Part shown: in pieces, positions 37,412 through 45,930 of the stretch
Numbering within the stretch: the first letter of the stretch is position 1
Layout of the letters: each line of letters starts with the position of its first letter
Notes under the pieces: model-generated
Database searches by the model: none
The model's input: the letters and a program-made list of their open reading frames with translations, nothing else
Told to the model about the DNA's origin: nothing
From: an uncultured Candidatus Saccharibacteria bacterium
Lineage (GTDB): Bacteria > Patescibacteriota > Andersenbacteria > UBA10190
Reading direction: 5' to 3'
Length of the DNA stretch: 64,000 nt
NCBI GenBank assembly: GCA_964359735.1
Contig: CAYHTZ010000005.1
Coordinates: forward strand, 3,882 to 67,881
Position numbers and translations under genes: made by a program

Positions 37412-37717
37412 ATGGCTGAAAAGAAACAGTCCAACGATTTCCGTGACCCTACTCCGGCTACCCATGGGGATCTGAACATTTGGGGCGGGAAGATTCAGGA
37501 AGATATTCAAGAGATTCGTGGCGAATTGGCCATGAAGCCGAATAAGGAAGATTTAGAAAAGTTTGCTAAGAAGATCACGGATCACTTCGATAAGCATATC
37601 GAAGCGTTCGTCGAAAATCGTGCTTCACAGCTACTTGGGGTAAAGCATGACGAAATCCGCGAAATTCAACGCAAGGTTAAAAACCACGAACAGCGGATTA
37701 CTGTTTTAGAGCGATAA
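37412..37717 (+). CDS. hypothetical small soluble protein
   Basis: 101-aa charged ORF. Confidence 0.35.
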   Translation: MAEKKQSNDFRDPTPATHGDLNIWGGKIQEDIQEIRGELAMKPNKEDLEKFAKKITDHFDKHIEAFVENRASQLLGVKHDEIREIQRKVKNHEQRITVLER

Positions 37718-37961
37718 TTTGAAGACCGAATTTGTTAACGTCCTCGTTCGGCCAGAAGTCAACATCTTTTGTTTTGAGGACGTACGTCACCTCTTTCTCA
37801 ATTTGTCGCCCAGTATACGTTTGTTCCTCCGAGTTCCACTCTTGTAAAACGAGAATATCGCCAGGCGTGCACTCAAAATCAGCTAACCGCAGCTCAAAAG
37901 TTTTTTCCCCAGACAAAACTTTCTCAAAAAACCTGGGCAAGATTTTCTTTTCGATCCTCAT
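37698..37961 (-). CDS. small ASCH/PUA-like fold protein (DUF3850-like), tentative
   Basis: KTFELRLADFECTPGDILVLQEW resembles ASCH-domain beta-barrel signatures. Confidence 0.3.
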   Translation of the reverse strand: MRIEKKILPRFFEKVLSGEKTFELRLADFECTPGDILVLQEWNSEEQTYTGRQIEKEVTYVLKTKDVDFWPNEDVNKFGLQIIALKQ

Positions 37962-38948
37962 CTAGCGCTTCCGCTTGAGCACGCGCTGAACGGCGGTGGT
38001 GATGGCGTCGGCATCCATTTTGTATTTTTTGAGAAGCTCTTCGGGCTGGCCCGATTCGCCAAAAGAATTCTGCATGCCAACGAATTCTATGGGCACGGGG
38101 TACGTGCGCACTACTACTTCGGCAATAGCGCTTCCCACGCCAGCCATTATTTGATGTTCTTCCACGGTAACGATGGCTCCGCACTCCCGGGCTGCTCGTT
38201 CGATGGCATCCTCATCCATCGGTTTAATGCTGGGAGAATTTATCACCCGGCATTTAATGCCGCGCTCCAGCAGCCGGTCGGCGGCGAGAAGCGCCGAGTG
38301 AATAATTGGTCCCGCGCCGATGATGGCCACATCACTTCCCTCTTGCAAAACTAGAGCTTTGCCCGGTTTAAACGGCGTTTTATCGGTCGTGAATGCTGGA
38401 GTCGCCGCCCGAGCATAGCGAAAATACACCGGACCCTGTATCCCCACTGCCGCGTGCACCACTTTGCGCGTTTCCTCCGTATCGCACGGCACAAACACGG
38501 TCATGCGGGGTAACACCCGGGTCAATGCCACGTCTTCCATCGCCTGGTGGGTGGCGCCATCCGGGCCCACGGAAATGCCCGTGTGAGCCCCCGCGTACTT
38601 TACGTTGGCGCCATTATAGGCGCCGGAAATACGCACCTGATCCCAATTTCTCCCCGGGCAGAAGACGGCGTATGTGGAAACAAAAGGAATTTTGCCGTTG
38701 AGGGAAAGCCCCACCGCCACGTTCGCCATATTCTGTTCCTGAATGCCGCACTGAATGTATCGGTCGGGAAATTTTGCCTGGAATTTACTCGCCTTGGTAG
38801 AATCACCGAGGTCAGCGGTGAGCACCACCACGTCTTTGTTTTTCTCCCCTACTTCCACGAGACCCATGCCATATCCGTCTCGCGTGCCTACTACCTCGAC
38901 ATCCTTCGAGAGTGTATTGCGTTTTAGATGTGCGTTCTTGGCTAGCAT
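37962..38948 (-). CDS. transketolase, C-terminal (pyrimidine-binding + C-terminal domain) subunit
   Basis: CGIQEQNMANVAVGLSLNGKIPFVSTYAVF and the downstream domains align with the second half of transketolase. Split tktA/tktB arrangement. Confidence 0.85.
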   Translation of the reverse strand: MLAKNAHLKRNTLSKDVEVVGTRDGYGMGLVEVGEKNKDVVVLTADLGDSTKASKFQAKFPDRYIQCGIQEQNMANVAVGLSLNGKIPFVSTYAVFCPGRNWDQVRISGAYNGANVKYAGAHTGISVGPDGATHQAMEDVALTRVLPRMTVFVPCDTEETRKVVHAAVGIQGPVYFRYARAATPAFTTDKTPFKPGKALVLQEGSDVAIIGAGPIIHSALLAADRLLERGIKCRVINSPSIKPMDEDAIERAARECGAIVTVEEHQIMAGVGSAIAEVVVRTYPVPIEFVGMQNSFGESGQPEELLKKYKMDADAITTAVQRVLKRKR

Positions 38949-38950
38949 AA

Positions 38951-39805
38951 TTACAAATCCATGTTATCGATCTTTCCCTCCAGTGTGCGCAGTTGATGAA
39001 GCGCCACCTTGCCTTGTTGGGCATCGGGAGGGTTACCGTGCCATTTAAAGTCGTACTCCATGAAGTCCACTCCCTTACCGGCAATCGTATGGGCAATAAT
39101 GGCGACGGGCTTCTCCACAATGGCTTTAGCTTCATTGCAGGCGTCAATAATGTGTTCGATATTATGACCGTCGATCTCTAGCACATGCCAGCCGAAGGCC
39201 TCGTAACGGTCTCGCAGAGGCTCTTTAGTCATGATTTTTTCCGTCGGTCCGTCAATCTGAATATTATTACGGTCGACAATCGCCGTAAGGTGCGCCAGCT
39301 TGTAATGCCCGGCAAACATAATGGCTTCCCAGGTTGAGCCTTCATCGTGCTCCCCATCAGAAAGGACGCAGTATGTCTGGTAGTTTTTCCTATCCATCTG
39401 CCCCGCGTAGGCGCACCCGCACGCAATGGAAAGCCCCTGTCCAAGGCTTGCGGCCGTACTCTCCACCCCGGGGGTATATTCCCGGTCCATGTGCCCCTGC
39501 AGGCGGCTGCCGAGCTTCCGCAATGTTTTTAGCTCTTCCACTGGGAAAAACCCCGCGTGTGCAAGCACGGCGTACCAAATGGGTGCCGTGTGGCCGCACG
39601 ATATATACAGCCGGTCGCGCATCGGGTCATTTCTTTTTTTCGGGTCAATATTCATCACGTTGAAATACAGCGCGCACGCTATATCGGCGAGATCCAGAGG
39701 GCCAGCCGAGTGCCCACTGCCTGCCGCTAGCAACATTTTAATGACATCTTGTCGCAACGTATTCGCCATTCGATTCAAGTCCTTGAGGTTGTTCAAGCGT
39801 TTCAT
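38951..39805 (-). CDS. transketolase, N-terminal (thiamine-diphosphate-binding) subunit
   Basis: AGSGHSAGPLDLADI...SCGHTAP...LSDGEHDEGSTWEA TPP-binding motifs. The ORF track's 5' extension to 40012 has no similarity; start reassigned to the ATG at 39805 (MKRLNNL). Confidence 0.85.
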   Translation of the reverse strand: MKRLNNLKDLNRMANTLRQDVIKMLLAAGSGHSAGPLDLADIACALYFNVMNIDPKKRNDPMRDRLYISCGHTAPIWYAVLAHAGFFPVEELKTLRKLGSRLQGHMDREYTPGVESTAASLGQGLSIACGCAYAGQMDRKNYQTYCVLSDGEHDEGSTWEAIMFAGHYKLAHLTAIVDRNNIQIDGPTEKIMTKEPLRDRYEAFGWHVLEIDGHNIEHIIDACNEAKAIVEKPVAIIAHTIAGKGVDFMEYDFKWHGNPPDAQQGKVALHQLRTLEGKIDNMDL

Positions 39806-39857
39806 GCCTTTCAGTATACACAATTGCGCTTTTCGCTCACCACGGTAGATTAAAAGC

Positions 39858-40289
39858 GTGAAGATGAAGTTCACCTCAGGCTCGCTGCTTGCCGGCCTAG
39901 CTCTGGCAGTTGCGATCATTGCCCTGATTGTGGGCGTTGTAGCTCTCAGGCGCCCCGGGACGCTTATCACAGGCCCCGAAACTAATTTCAAAGAACAAAT
40001 TGGCATCATCACTGCCCGCGCTCGCAGCGAAGCGCGGCTTAAGTTGGTTCAGGCTCAGCTTGTTGCCAAGGAAGGGTACGATGACGCGGCCACGCAGGTG
40101 CAGGATATCCGGGCTGATTTACGTGGGGCTTATGCCGAAGCAAAAGAAGAGTCCAAGCAGGAATGGGTTGAGCTCGATAAAGACCTAGAACAGCTGGAAG
40201 TACAAATCCGCGATAAGAGCGCCGATGCGTTGCAAACGCTTGAGAATATCTTGACGCGGCTGCGCCAAGAGGTCCGCACTGACGATTGA
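39858..40289 (+). CDS. hypothetical membrane-anchored coiled-coil protein
   Basis: N-terminal TM followed by a charged helical region. Confidence 0.4.
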   Translation: MKMKFTSGSLLAGLALAVAIIALIVGVVALRRPGTLITGPETNFKEQIGIITARARSEARLKLVQAQLVAKEGYDDAATQVQDIRADLRGAYAEAKEESKQEWVELDKDLEQLEVQIRDKSADALQTLENILTRLRQEVRTDD

Positions 40290-40290
40290 T

Positions 40291-41052
40291 TTACTTCCCT
40301 CGCTCAGCAGAGTTGGCTAAGAGGCGCAGCTGTTCGTAATTTTCGCGAGGGTCGCCCTGCCCGAAGATAGATGTATTTGCACAAAGAATTGTGGCCCCGG
40401 CCCGGACATAATCAGGCACAGATTCTTTTTTCACTCCCCCATCCACCGCAATGGGAATGCCGGGATGCTTGTCGTAAAACTGTCCGATCTTGTTATAGAC
40501 AATGGGGTTAATAGGCTGGTTAGCGAATCCTGGGTTGTAGCCCATGAATAGAACGTAATCAAGTAACGTGAGTTGCTCCTCAAGGCGTTGATTTGGGCTT
40601 TCCGGGTTTACGGCTAACGCTAACTGTGATTGGGTTTTCTCCCGCAGCGTTTCGTAGACAAATTTTACGCCATTTGTTCCTTCAAATGCTTCTAAGTGAA
40701 ATACTACTCGGGCCGGATTCAAATCAATGATGTCATCAACGAAATTCCCTGGTGTGTGCACCATCATATGCAGCTCAACCTTGCTGCTCTCTGGGAGCCG
40801 CTTAAACCGTTTTATGTCGCGAAAAGTCCCATCTCCGGCAAAAACTCCATCCGTAATATCGATTTGAATGTGATCCGGCAGTTTATAAATCTTTTTCCAA
40901 TCTTCCTCAATTCCCTCCCATGTTTTGCGGAGAATGGCAGGGACAATCTCGATCGGGGGTAAAGAAATCCCTCCCAACCTCCCTTTATCAAGGGAGGGGA
41001 TTTTTTCAGCAAGTCCACTTGATAAGGGGGATTTAGGGGGTTTTGTTTTCAT
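40291..41052 (-). CDS. rpe: ribulose-phosphate 3-epimerase family protein; N-terminus encoded by repeat copy B
   Basis: IQIDITDGVF..., HLMVHTP..., VVFHLEAF motifs of the RPE (beta/alpha)8 family. The ATG at 41052 is followed immediately by the repeat, giving MKTKPPKSPLSSGLAEKIPSLDKGRLGGISLPP before the conserved IEIVPAIL start. Confidence 0.65.
   Translation of the reverse strand: MKTKPPKSPLSSGLAEKIPSLDKGRLGGISLPPIEIVPAILRKTWEGIEEDWKKIYKLPDHIQIDITDGVFAGDGTFRDIKRFKRLPESSKVELHMMVHTPGNFVDDIIDLNPARVVFHLEAFEGTNGVKFVYETLREKTQSQLALAVNPESPNQRLEEQLTLLDYVLFMGYNPGFANQPINPIVYNKIGQFYDKHPGIPIAVDGGVKKESVPDYVRAGATILCANTSIFGQGDPRENYEQLRLLANSAERGK
40964..41044 (-). repeat. MITE/RPE-like palindromic repeat, copy B (inverted orientation, most diverged)
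   Basis: gaaatccctcccaacctccctttatcaagggagggg...cacttgataagggggatttagggggtttt is the reverse complement of the family consensus. Lies in the overlap of the rpiB 3' end and the rpe 5' end. Confidence 0.7.
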
Positions 41053-41485
41053 ACTCTTCAATGGTCTTAATGCGCCGAATATGTCTTTCTTCCCCGCTGA
41101 ATGGAGTCTCAAGGAAGACTTTTAAAATCTTCTTGGCTTCTTTTTCCGAGAGCCAATCGCCGGACAGGACCACCACGTTAGCATCGTTCTTCTCTCTGGC
41201 GAGCCCGGCCGAATTCTCGTCGTGGACGGTGATGGCGCGGACACCTTTAACCTTGTTAGCGGCTATGACCATACCAGCCGCTGATCGGCAGGCAAGGATC
41301 CCAATTGCATCCCTTGTCTTGCCGACTTTTTCTGCTACCGCGAGTGCAAATGGTGGGTAATCGTCCCCTTTGTCATATGTTGTATTCCCTAAATCTTCCC
41401 AGGTGTGTCCCCACTCCACAAGCCACCTTTTGATACGCTCCTTCAGCTCAAATCCCCCATGGTCCGCTCCTAGGTAAACATGCAT
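41033..41485 (-). CDS. rpiB: ribose-5-phosphate isomerase B
   Basis: MHVYLGADHGGFELKE... with Cys/His active-site pattern; 150 aa. Confidence 0.85.
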   Translation of the reverse strand: MHVYLGADHGGFELKERIKRWLVEWGHTWEDLGNTTYDKGDDYPPFALAVAEKVGKTRDAIGILACRSAAGMVIAANKVKGVRAITVHDENSAGLAREKNDANVVVLSGDWLSEKEAKKILKVFLETPFSGEERHIRRIKTIEEYENKTP

Positions 41486-41576
41486 ATATCAGTTATACAC
41501 AGCTAAAAAGAAAGACAACAGAGGATAACTGCACTTGCTTGACAAGGGCCTGGGCTCCAAGCTACAAGCTAGCTGT

Positions 41577-43403
41577 ATGTGCGGCATTGTTGGGTGTATT
41601 AGCAAAGATAATGTCGTCCCATTTTTGTTAGAGGGATTGCATAAAGAAAGTTACCGCGGCTACGACAGCAGCGGTCTCTGTGTCTTTGCTCCTGCCCCGG
41701 TAACAATCAAAGCTGTTGGCCACCTCGACCAGTTAGAATCAAAATTGGCAGGCTTGGACATGAGCGGCCACTTAGGCATTGGCCATAACCGCTGGGCCAC
41801 CCATGGCGGTGTCACCGAGCAAAATGCTCATCCTCACGCCGACTGTAAGGAGCGTATCTTCGTGGTACACAATGGCATTATCGAAAATCACGCTGAACTC
41901 AAAGGAAAGCTGCAAGAGAAAGGCCACACCTTCGGCTCCGAAACCGATACCGAAGTCCTGGCTCACCTGATCGAACAATTCTACACAGGCAACTTGGAAG
42001 ATGCTGTCCGCCAATCCCTGCAAGTCGTGCGCGGCACGTATGGGCTGATTGCAATCTCCGCCGACGAGCCCGATAAAATGGTGGCAGCCCGCATGTCGAG
42101 TCCGGTGGTGGTTTCGGTGGCGGGAACCAAAGGCTATGTGGCTTCAGACCCCACCGCGCTGGCCGGCCACACGGAGCATCTCACGTTCTTAGATGACGGC
42201 GAGGTGGCCGTCATTAAAGCAGGTGAATTTCACGTCACGGATTTGAACAGCAAGATCAAGTACAAACCGCTCACCAAATTAGATTGGAGCAGCGAAGCGG
42301 TGGATTTGGGCGCCTATCCCCACTTCATGCTGAAGGAAATTCACGAGCAGCCAGTGAGCCTCACGAATACTCTGCGCGGGCGCCTTTTACCTAAAACCGG
42401 CGACGTTCGCTTGGGTGGGCTCACGAGTATCACCGGGCAGCTACGCCGCGTCAAGCGCTGCCAAATCGTGGCCTGCGGGACGGCCTGTTATGCCGGCCGT
42501 GTCGGTGAGTACATGTTAGAAGAGCAAGCCGGGATACCCTGCGAAGTTGATATCGCCAGTGAATACCGCTATCGCAACCCTATGGTGGATAAATACACCG
42601 CCTTCGTTTTTATTTCGCAATCAGGAGAAACTGGCGATACCTTAGCGGCTCTTGAGGAAGTGAAGCGCAAAGGCGGACTGACGCTAGGCATTGTGAATAC
42701 CATCGGTTCCTCCATTGCCCGCGCTACCGAGGCCGGAGTCTACAATCATGCCGGCCCGGAAATCGGCGTCGCGTCTACCAAAGCGTTTACCTCGCAACTG
42801 GCAGTGCTCGCTATGCTCACTGTGCTGCTGGGCAGGCAACGCCACATGTCCCAAAGCACTGCGGCCGAGATTATCCAGGAGCTGGCTCGCCTGCCGGAGA
42901 AATTAGCCGCGGCCGCCAGTGTTAGCGAGAAGACCCTGCAACGCTTAGCCGAGAATCTCGTGAATGCCCGCACCGTCCTCTACATTGGCAGGAAGTATCA
43001 GTACCCTATTGCACTCGAGGGAGCGCTTAAACTAAAGGAAGTTTCTTACATTCACGCGGAAGGATATGGTGCAGGAGAACTGAAGCATGGTGCTATGGCC
43101 TTGATTGACAAAGCCGTGCCAACGGTCGCCATCTGCACCCAAGATAGCGTCTACGAGAAAACCCTGTCGAATTTGCAAGAAATAAAATCACGCAGCGGGC
43201 CAATCATTGCCATTGCTACGGAGGGCGACACCCAGATCGAAAGCGTCACCAAAGATGTTATCTACGTACCGCAGACGCTGGAGATGTTGCAACCGATTAT
43301 CAACGTTGTGCCCCTGCAGCTCCTCGCCTACTACGCGGGCGTAGCACGCGGCCTGAATATCGACAAGCCGCGCAACTTGGCGAAATCGGTCACGGTTGAG
43401 TAA
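41577..43403 (+). CDS. glmS: glutamine--fructose-6-phosphate aminotransferase (GlcN-6-P synthase)
   Basis: MCGIVG N-terminal nucleophile (start reassigned to the ATG at 41577; the ORF track begins 14 codons upstream at 41535); two SIS domains; C-terminal ...KSVTVE. Confidence 0.9.
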   Translation: MCGIVGCISKDNVVPFLLEGLHKESYRGYDSSGLCVFAPAPVTIKAVGHLDQLESKLAGLDMSGHLGIGHNRWATHGGVTEQNAHPHADCKERIFVVHNGIIENHAELKGKLQEKGHTFGSETDTEVLAHLIEQFYTGNLEDAVRQSLQVVRGTYGLIAISADEPDKMVAARMSSPVVVSVAGTKGYVASDPTALAGHTEHLTFLDDGEVAVIKAGEFHVTDLNSKIKYKPLTKLDWSSEAVDLGAYPHFMLKEIHEQPVSLTNTLRGRLLPKTGDVRLGGLTSITGQLRRVKRCQIVACGTACYAGRVGEYMLEEQAGIPCEVDIASEYRYRNPMVDKYTAFVFISQSGETGDTLAALEEVKRKGGLTLGIVNTIGSSIARATEAGVYNHAGPEIGVASTKAFTSQLAVLAMLTVLLGRQRHMSQSTAAEIIQELARLPEKLAAAASVSEKTLQRLAENLVNARTVLYIGRKYQYPIALEGALKLKEVSYIHAEGYGAGELKHGAMALIDKAVPTVAICTQDSVYEKTLSNLQEIKSRSGPIIAIATEGDTQIESVTKDVIYVPQTLEMLQPIINVVPLQLLAYYAGVARGLNIDKPRNLAKSVTVE

Positions 43404-43405
43404 GT

Positions 43406-43852
43406 ATGTCTCGAGATATTTTAATGACCGCCAACCCGGCGCAGTACCGCCGCCAGAAAACTGCGCCTTTTAAAACCTTGTTTTTGCCTGTTGAGGAATT
43501 TTATCAAAATGAGACTTTAACTCAGCGGCACGACGAAGTGCTCTGGCAGGATTTCCACACCCATGGCAAATATGCCCGCATTGCTAAACACGTTGAGTAC
43601 GTAGCCGTGGCAGTGGATAAAGACGAACGGTATGTAGCCTCGGCCTTGATCGTTCCCTTAGGGGCTAAGTGGATCCTGGAATATGTTATGACGGATCCCC
43701 TTCACCAAGGCAAAGGAGCGGGGTCAGCCGTCATGGATTGCGTGATGCGAGAAGCGAAGCGGCACAAAGCTCAGTGGGTTATTCTCAACTGCGACCCGAA
43801 AAAAAATCAGGGCCAGTTGCCCCGTTTCTACGCCAAATTCGGATTTTCATAG
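43406..43852 (+). CDS. GNAT family N-acetyltransferase
   Basis: Acetyl-CoA-binding motif A HQGKGAGSAVMDCV; 148 aa. Confidence 0.7.
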   Translation: MSRDILMTANPAQYRRQKTAPFKTLFLPVEEFYQNETLTQRHDEVLWQDFHTHGKYARIAKHVEYVAVAVDKDERYVASALIVPLGAKWILEYVMTDPLHQGKGAGSAVMDCVMREAKRHKAQWVILNCDPKKNQGQLPRFYAKFGFS

Positions 43853-44410
43853 TTACCACTCTCTGGCCACAAGCCCGATTGCGAGAATCCCCAAAAAGTT
43901 TGCCACGAGCGAGAGAAGAAAAAAGTCTTTCTTCCGAGTCTTCATAAATCCAAGCAGGGCAATGCCGATTTCGTCAGGCAGTGGTGAGGCAATAATAATC
44001 ATGCCGAGAATAATGGTAAGCCACCGCGCAGATGGAAGCTTCCAAATTTTTGGTAAACGCCTCACTTTGTGACCCAACAGCGAACGAATGTCTTCCGACA
44101 GCCTGTCTCTCACGAATCGGAAAATAAGATAGTCCCCTGCCAGCGCTCCAAAGGCACCTACTGCTGCCACATCCCAAACGGAATTCGCCTGTGCTAATTC
44201 TCCTAAGAGTACGGCGGCCGGGGCGGCGGTAAAGACAGAAGTAAAAAGCATTCCCGCCAGAAAGCTACCAACAAGGCGCCATTCTCCTACGGTCACGAGA
44301 AATGTTTCCAAGGCGCCGGACTTTCCTAGCAGTACCGCTACTAAAACGCTCAACGCGATGATACCTATATCCTGGTATATGTTCCGGGGGATTTGGCCTT
44401 GCATGTGCAT
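43853..44410 (-). CDS. hypothetical polytopic membrane protein
   Basis: ~5 TM helices; no confident family assignment. Confidence 0.4.
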   Translation of the reverse strand: MHMQGQIPRNIYQDIGIIALSVLVAVLLGKSGALETFLVTVGEWRLVGSFLAGMLFTSVFTAAPAAVLLGELAQANSVWDVAAVGAFGALAGDYLIFRFVRDRLSEDIRSLLGHKVRRLPKIWKLPSARWLTIILGMIIIASPLPDEIGIALLGFMKTRKKDFFLLSLVANFLGILAIGLVAREW

Positions 44411-44460
44411 ATTCCCAGTATACTCGCTGAAATAGCGAGCCCTGGGTAGTATATAAATAC

Positions 44461-44533
44461 GTCCCTATAGCTCAGCGGATAGAGCGCTGCCCTCCGAAGG
44501 CAGAGGCCGCAGGTTCGATTCCTGCTGGGGACA
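44461..44533 (+). tRNA. tRNA-Arg (anticodon CCG)
   Basis: GTCCCTATAGCTCAGCGGATAGAGCGCTGCCCTCCGAAGGCAGAGGCCGCAGGTTCGATTCCTGCTGGGGACA; anticodon loop CTCCGAA. Confidence 0.85.
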
Positions 44534-44539
44534 CAAAAT

Positions 44540-45442
44540 ATGGCCACCCAAGCTGAAATATCACGGACGTACGACTGGATCGACGAAATATTCCGATTGA
44601 GCATGGGTGAGCATGGCGACTTCACGTGTGCTTTTTACGATGGCGATTACTCTAAAACGCTGGAAAAAGCTCAAGCAGATAAACACGAATACATACTAAA
44701 CGGCATTCGCTTTCACGCCGGGCTGCGAGTATTGGACATTGGGTCGGGCTGGGGCCCGATGCTGAGAGCGGTGGAGAGTAAGGCAGGTGAGGCAGTTGGC
44801 CTGACCCTATCCCCCGCGCAGGCAAGGTGGTGCCTCAAAAGGGGGCTAAAAGTTCTTTTGCAGGATTATAAAACCACTGATCCTCAGAAACTGGGTATGT
44901 TTGATGGAGTTGTTTCCGTGGGTGCCTTTGAACATTTTTGTTCCATCTCAGAATTTCTGGCGGGAAAGCAGGAGCAGATCTACCAACAATTTTTTCAGTT
45001 CTGTGCCTCGGTTTTGCCACCGGGAGGCAGGCTATACCTGCAAACCATGACCTGGGGGAAGGCAGTCCCCGACCCAGGATTAATTGAGCGAGAACACCCC
45101 GCCGGCAGTGATGAGTTTCATTTGAAACTCGCCACTCATTTTTACCCCGGCTCCTGGCTTCCTTCTGGATTAGATCAAATGAAGAAATGTGGCGAACCAA
45201 GCTTTGATTTTATTTCAAGTAATAATGGAAGGCTCGATTATATCAAAACCCTGACAGAGTGGGGAAAAAGAGCTAACAAATTTAGTTTCAAGCTCCTGGC
45301 AGCTAAGGTGAAACTGTTGCCGAGGTATCTAGCCGATAAGGAGTTTAGAACTCAGCTCAGGTTTGTTTTTAACGGCTCGCAATCTGAGATTTTCAAGCGA
45401 AACCTTTTCAGCCACGAACGAATGATCTTCGAGAAGAGATAG
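44540..45442 (+). CDS. cyclopropane-fatty-acyl-phospholipid synthase family SAM-dependent methyltransferase
   Basis: VLDIGSGWGPML (motif I of the CFA-synthase/mycolic-acid cyclopropane synthase family); N-terminal ...CAFYDGDYSKTLEKAQADKHEYIL pattern. Starts 7 nt after tRNA-Arg. Confidence 0.7.
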   Translation: MATQAEISRTYDWIDEIFRLSMGEHGDFTCAFYDGDYSKTLEKAQADKHEYILNGIRFHAGLRVLDIGSGWGPMLRAVESKAGEAVGLTLSPAQARWCLKRGLKVLLQDYKTTDPQKLGMFDGVVSVGAFEHFCSISEFLAGKQEQIYQQFFQFCASVLPPGGRLYLQTMTWGKAVPDPGLIEREHPAGSDEFHLKLATHFYPGSWLPSGLDQMKKCGEPSFDFISSNNGRLDYIKTLTEWGKRANKFSFKLLAAKVKLLPRYLADKEFRTQLRFVFNGSQSEIFKRNLFSHERMIFEKR

Positions 45443-45443
45443 T

Positions 45444-45773
45444 TCAGAGGAGTTCACGTTGTTCGACATCTAGATGATTTTGAATGTCAAGAAGTAGTTG
45501 GATATATTTGGCCGCTGTTCGATTTCGAATCCCCTCAATTCTTATCGGAGTCATTACACCTTCGGGTAACGATTTGGCCGTTTTCTCAATAATTGAAACT
45601 AGTTTCTTAAAATCCTTCTTGTATTTTTCCGGTACGTAAGGCTCGTGAAGTTGAAATAGTATCTCTGGAGCTGCACTTGCCAGTCGTCTATTCGCATTTC
45701 CCTCGTGAGTAGCGATGCGGTAATTGATACCAGAGAGCTTTGAAAAAAAGTAATTCTTCATCGCCAAGTCCAT
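45444..45773 (-). CDS. hypothetical small protein
   Basis: The ORF track's 144-aa version overlaps tRNA-Gln. Trimmed to the ATG (MDLAMKNY) downstream of the tRNA, giving 109 aa. Confidence 0.35.
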   Translation of the reverse strand: MDLAMKNYFFSKLSGINYRIATHEGNANRRLASAAPEILFQLHEPYVPEKYKKDFKKLVSIIEKTAKSLPEGVMTPIRIEGIRNRTAAKYIQLLLDIQNHLDVEQRELL

Positions 45774-45787
45774 TGGTTCTCTAAATG

Positions 45788-45858
45788 TTCCGGGACTTGG
45801 ATTCGAACCAAGATTAGCAGATTCAGAGTCTGCTGTCCTGCCATTAGACGATCCCGGA
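45788..45858 (-). tRNA. tRNA-Gln (anticodon CTG)
   Basis: Reverse complement TCCGGGATCGTCTAATGGCAGGACAGCAGACTCTGAATCTGCTAATCTTGGTTCGAATCCAAGTCCCGGAA. Acceptor stem TCCGGGA/TCCCGGA, T-arm CTTGG-TTCGAAT-CCAAG, anticodon loop CTCTGAA. Confidence 0.75.
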
Positions 45859-45930
45859 GTGTATCGAAGGTATACCAAACATTCATGTGATTCTGCAAAT
45901 GGAAGGAGCCTGCTATGATGACTTTCAGAT

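Noticed and set aside
38951-40012. 353-aa transketolase N-subunit ORF with a 69-aa N-terminal extension
   Set aside because: The extension has no similarity to transketolase and overlaps the divergent promoter region. Start moved to 39805.
45444-45878. 144-aa ORF whose N-terminal 35 codons overlap the tRNA-Gln gene
   Set aside because: The overlapping segment (…GSSNGRTADSESANLGSNPSP…) is the tRNA sequence translated. Kept only the portion from the internal ATG.
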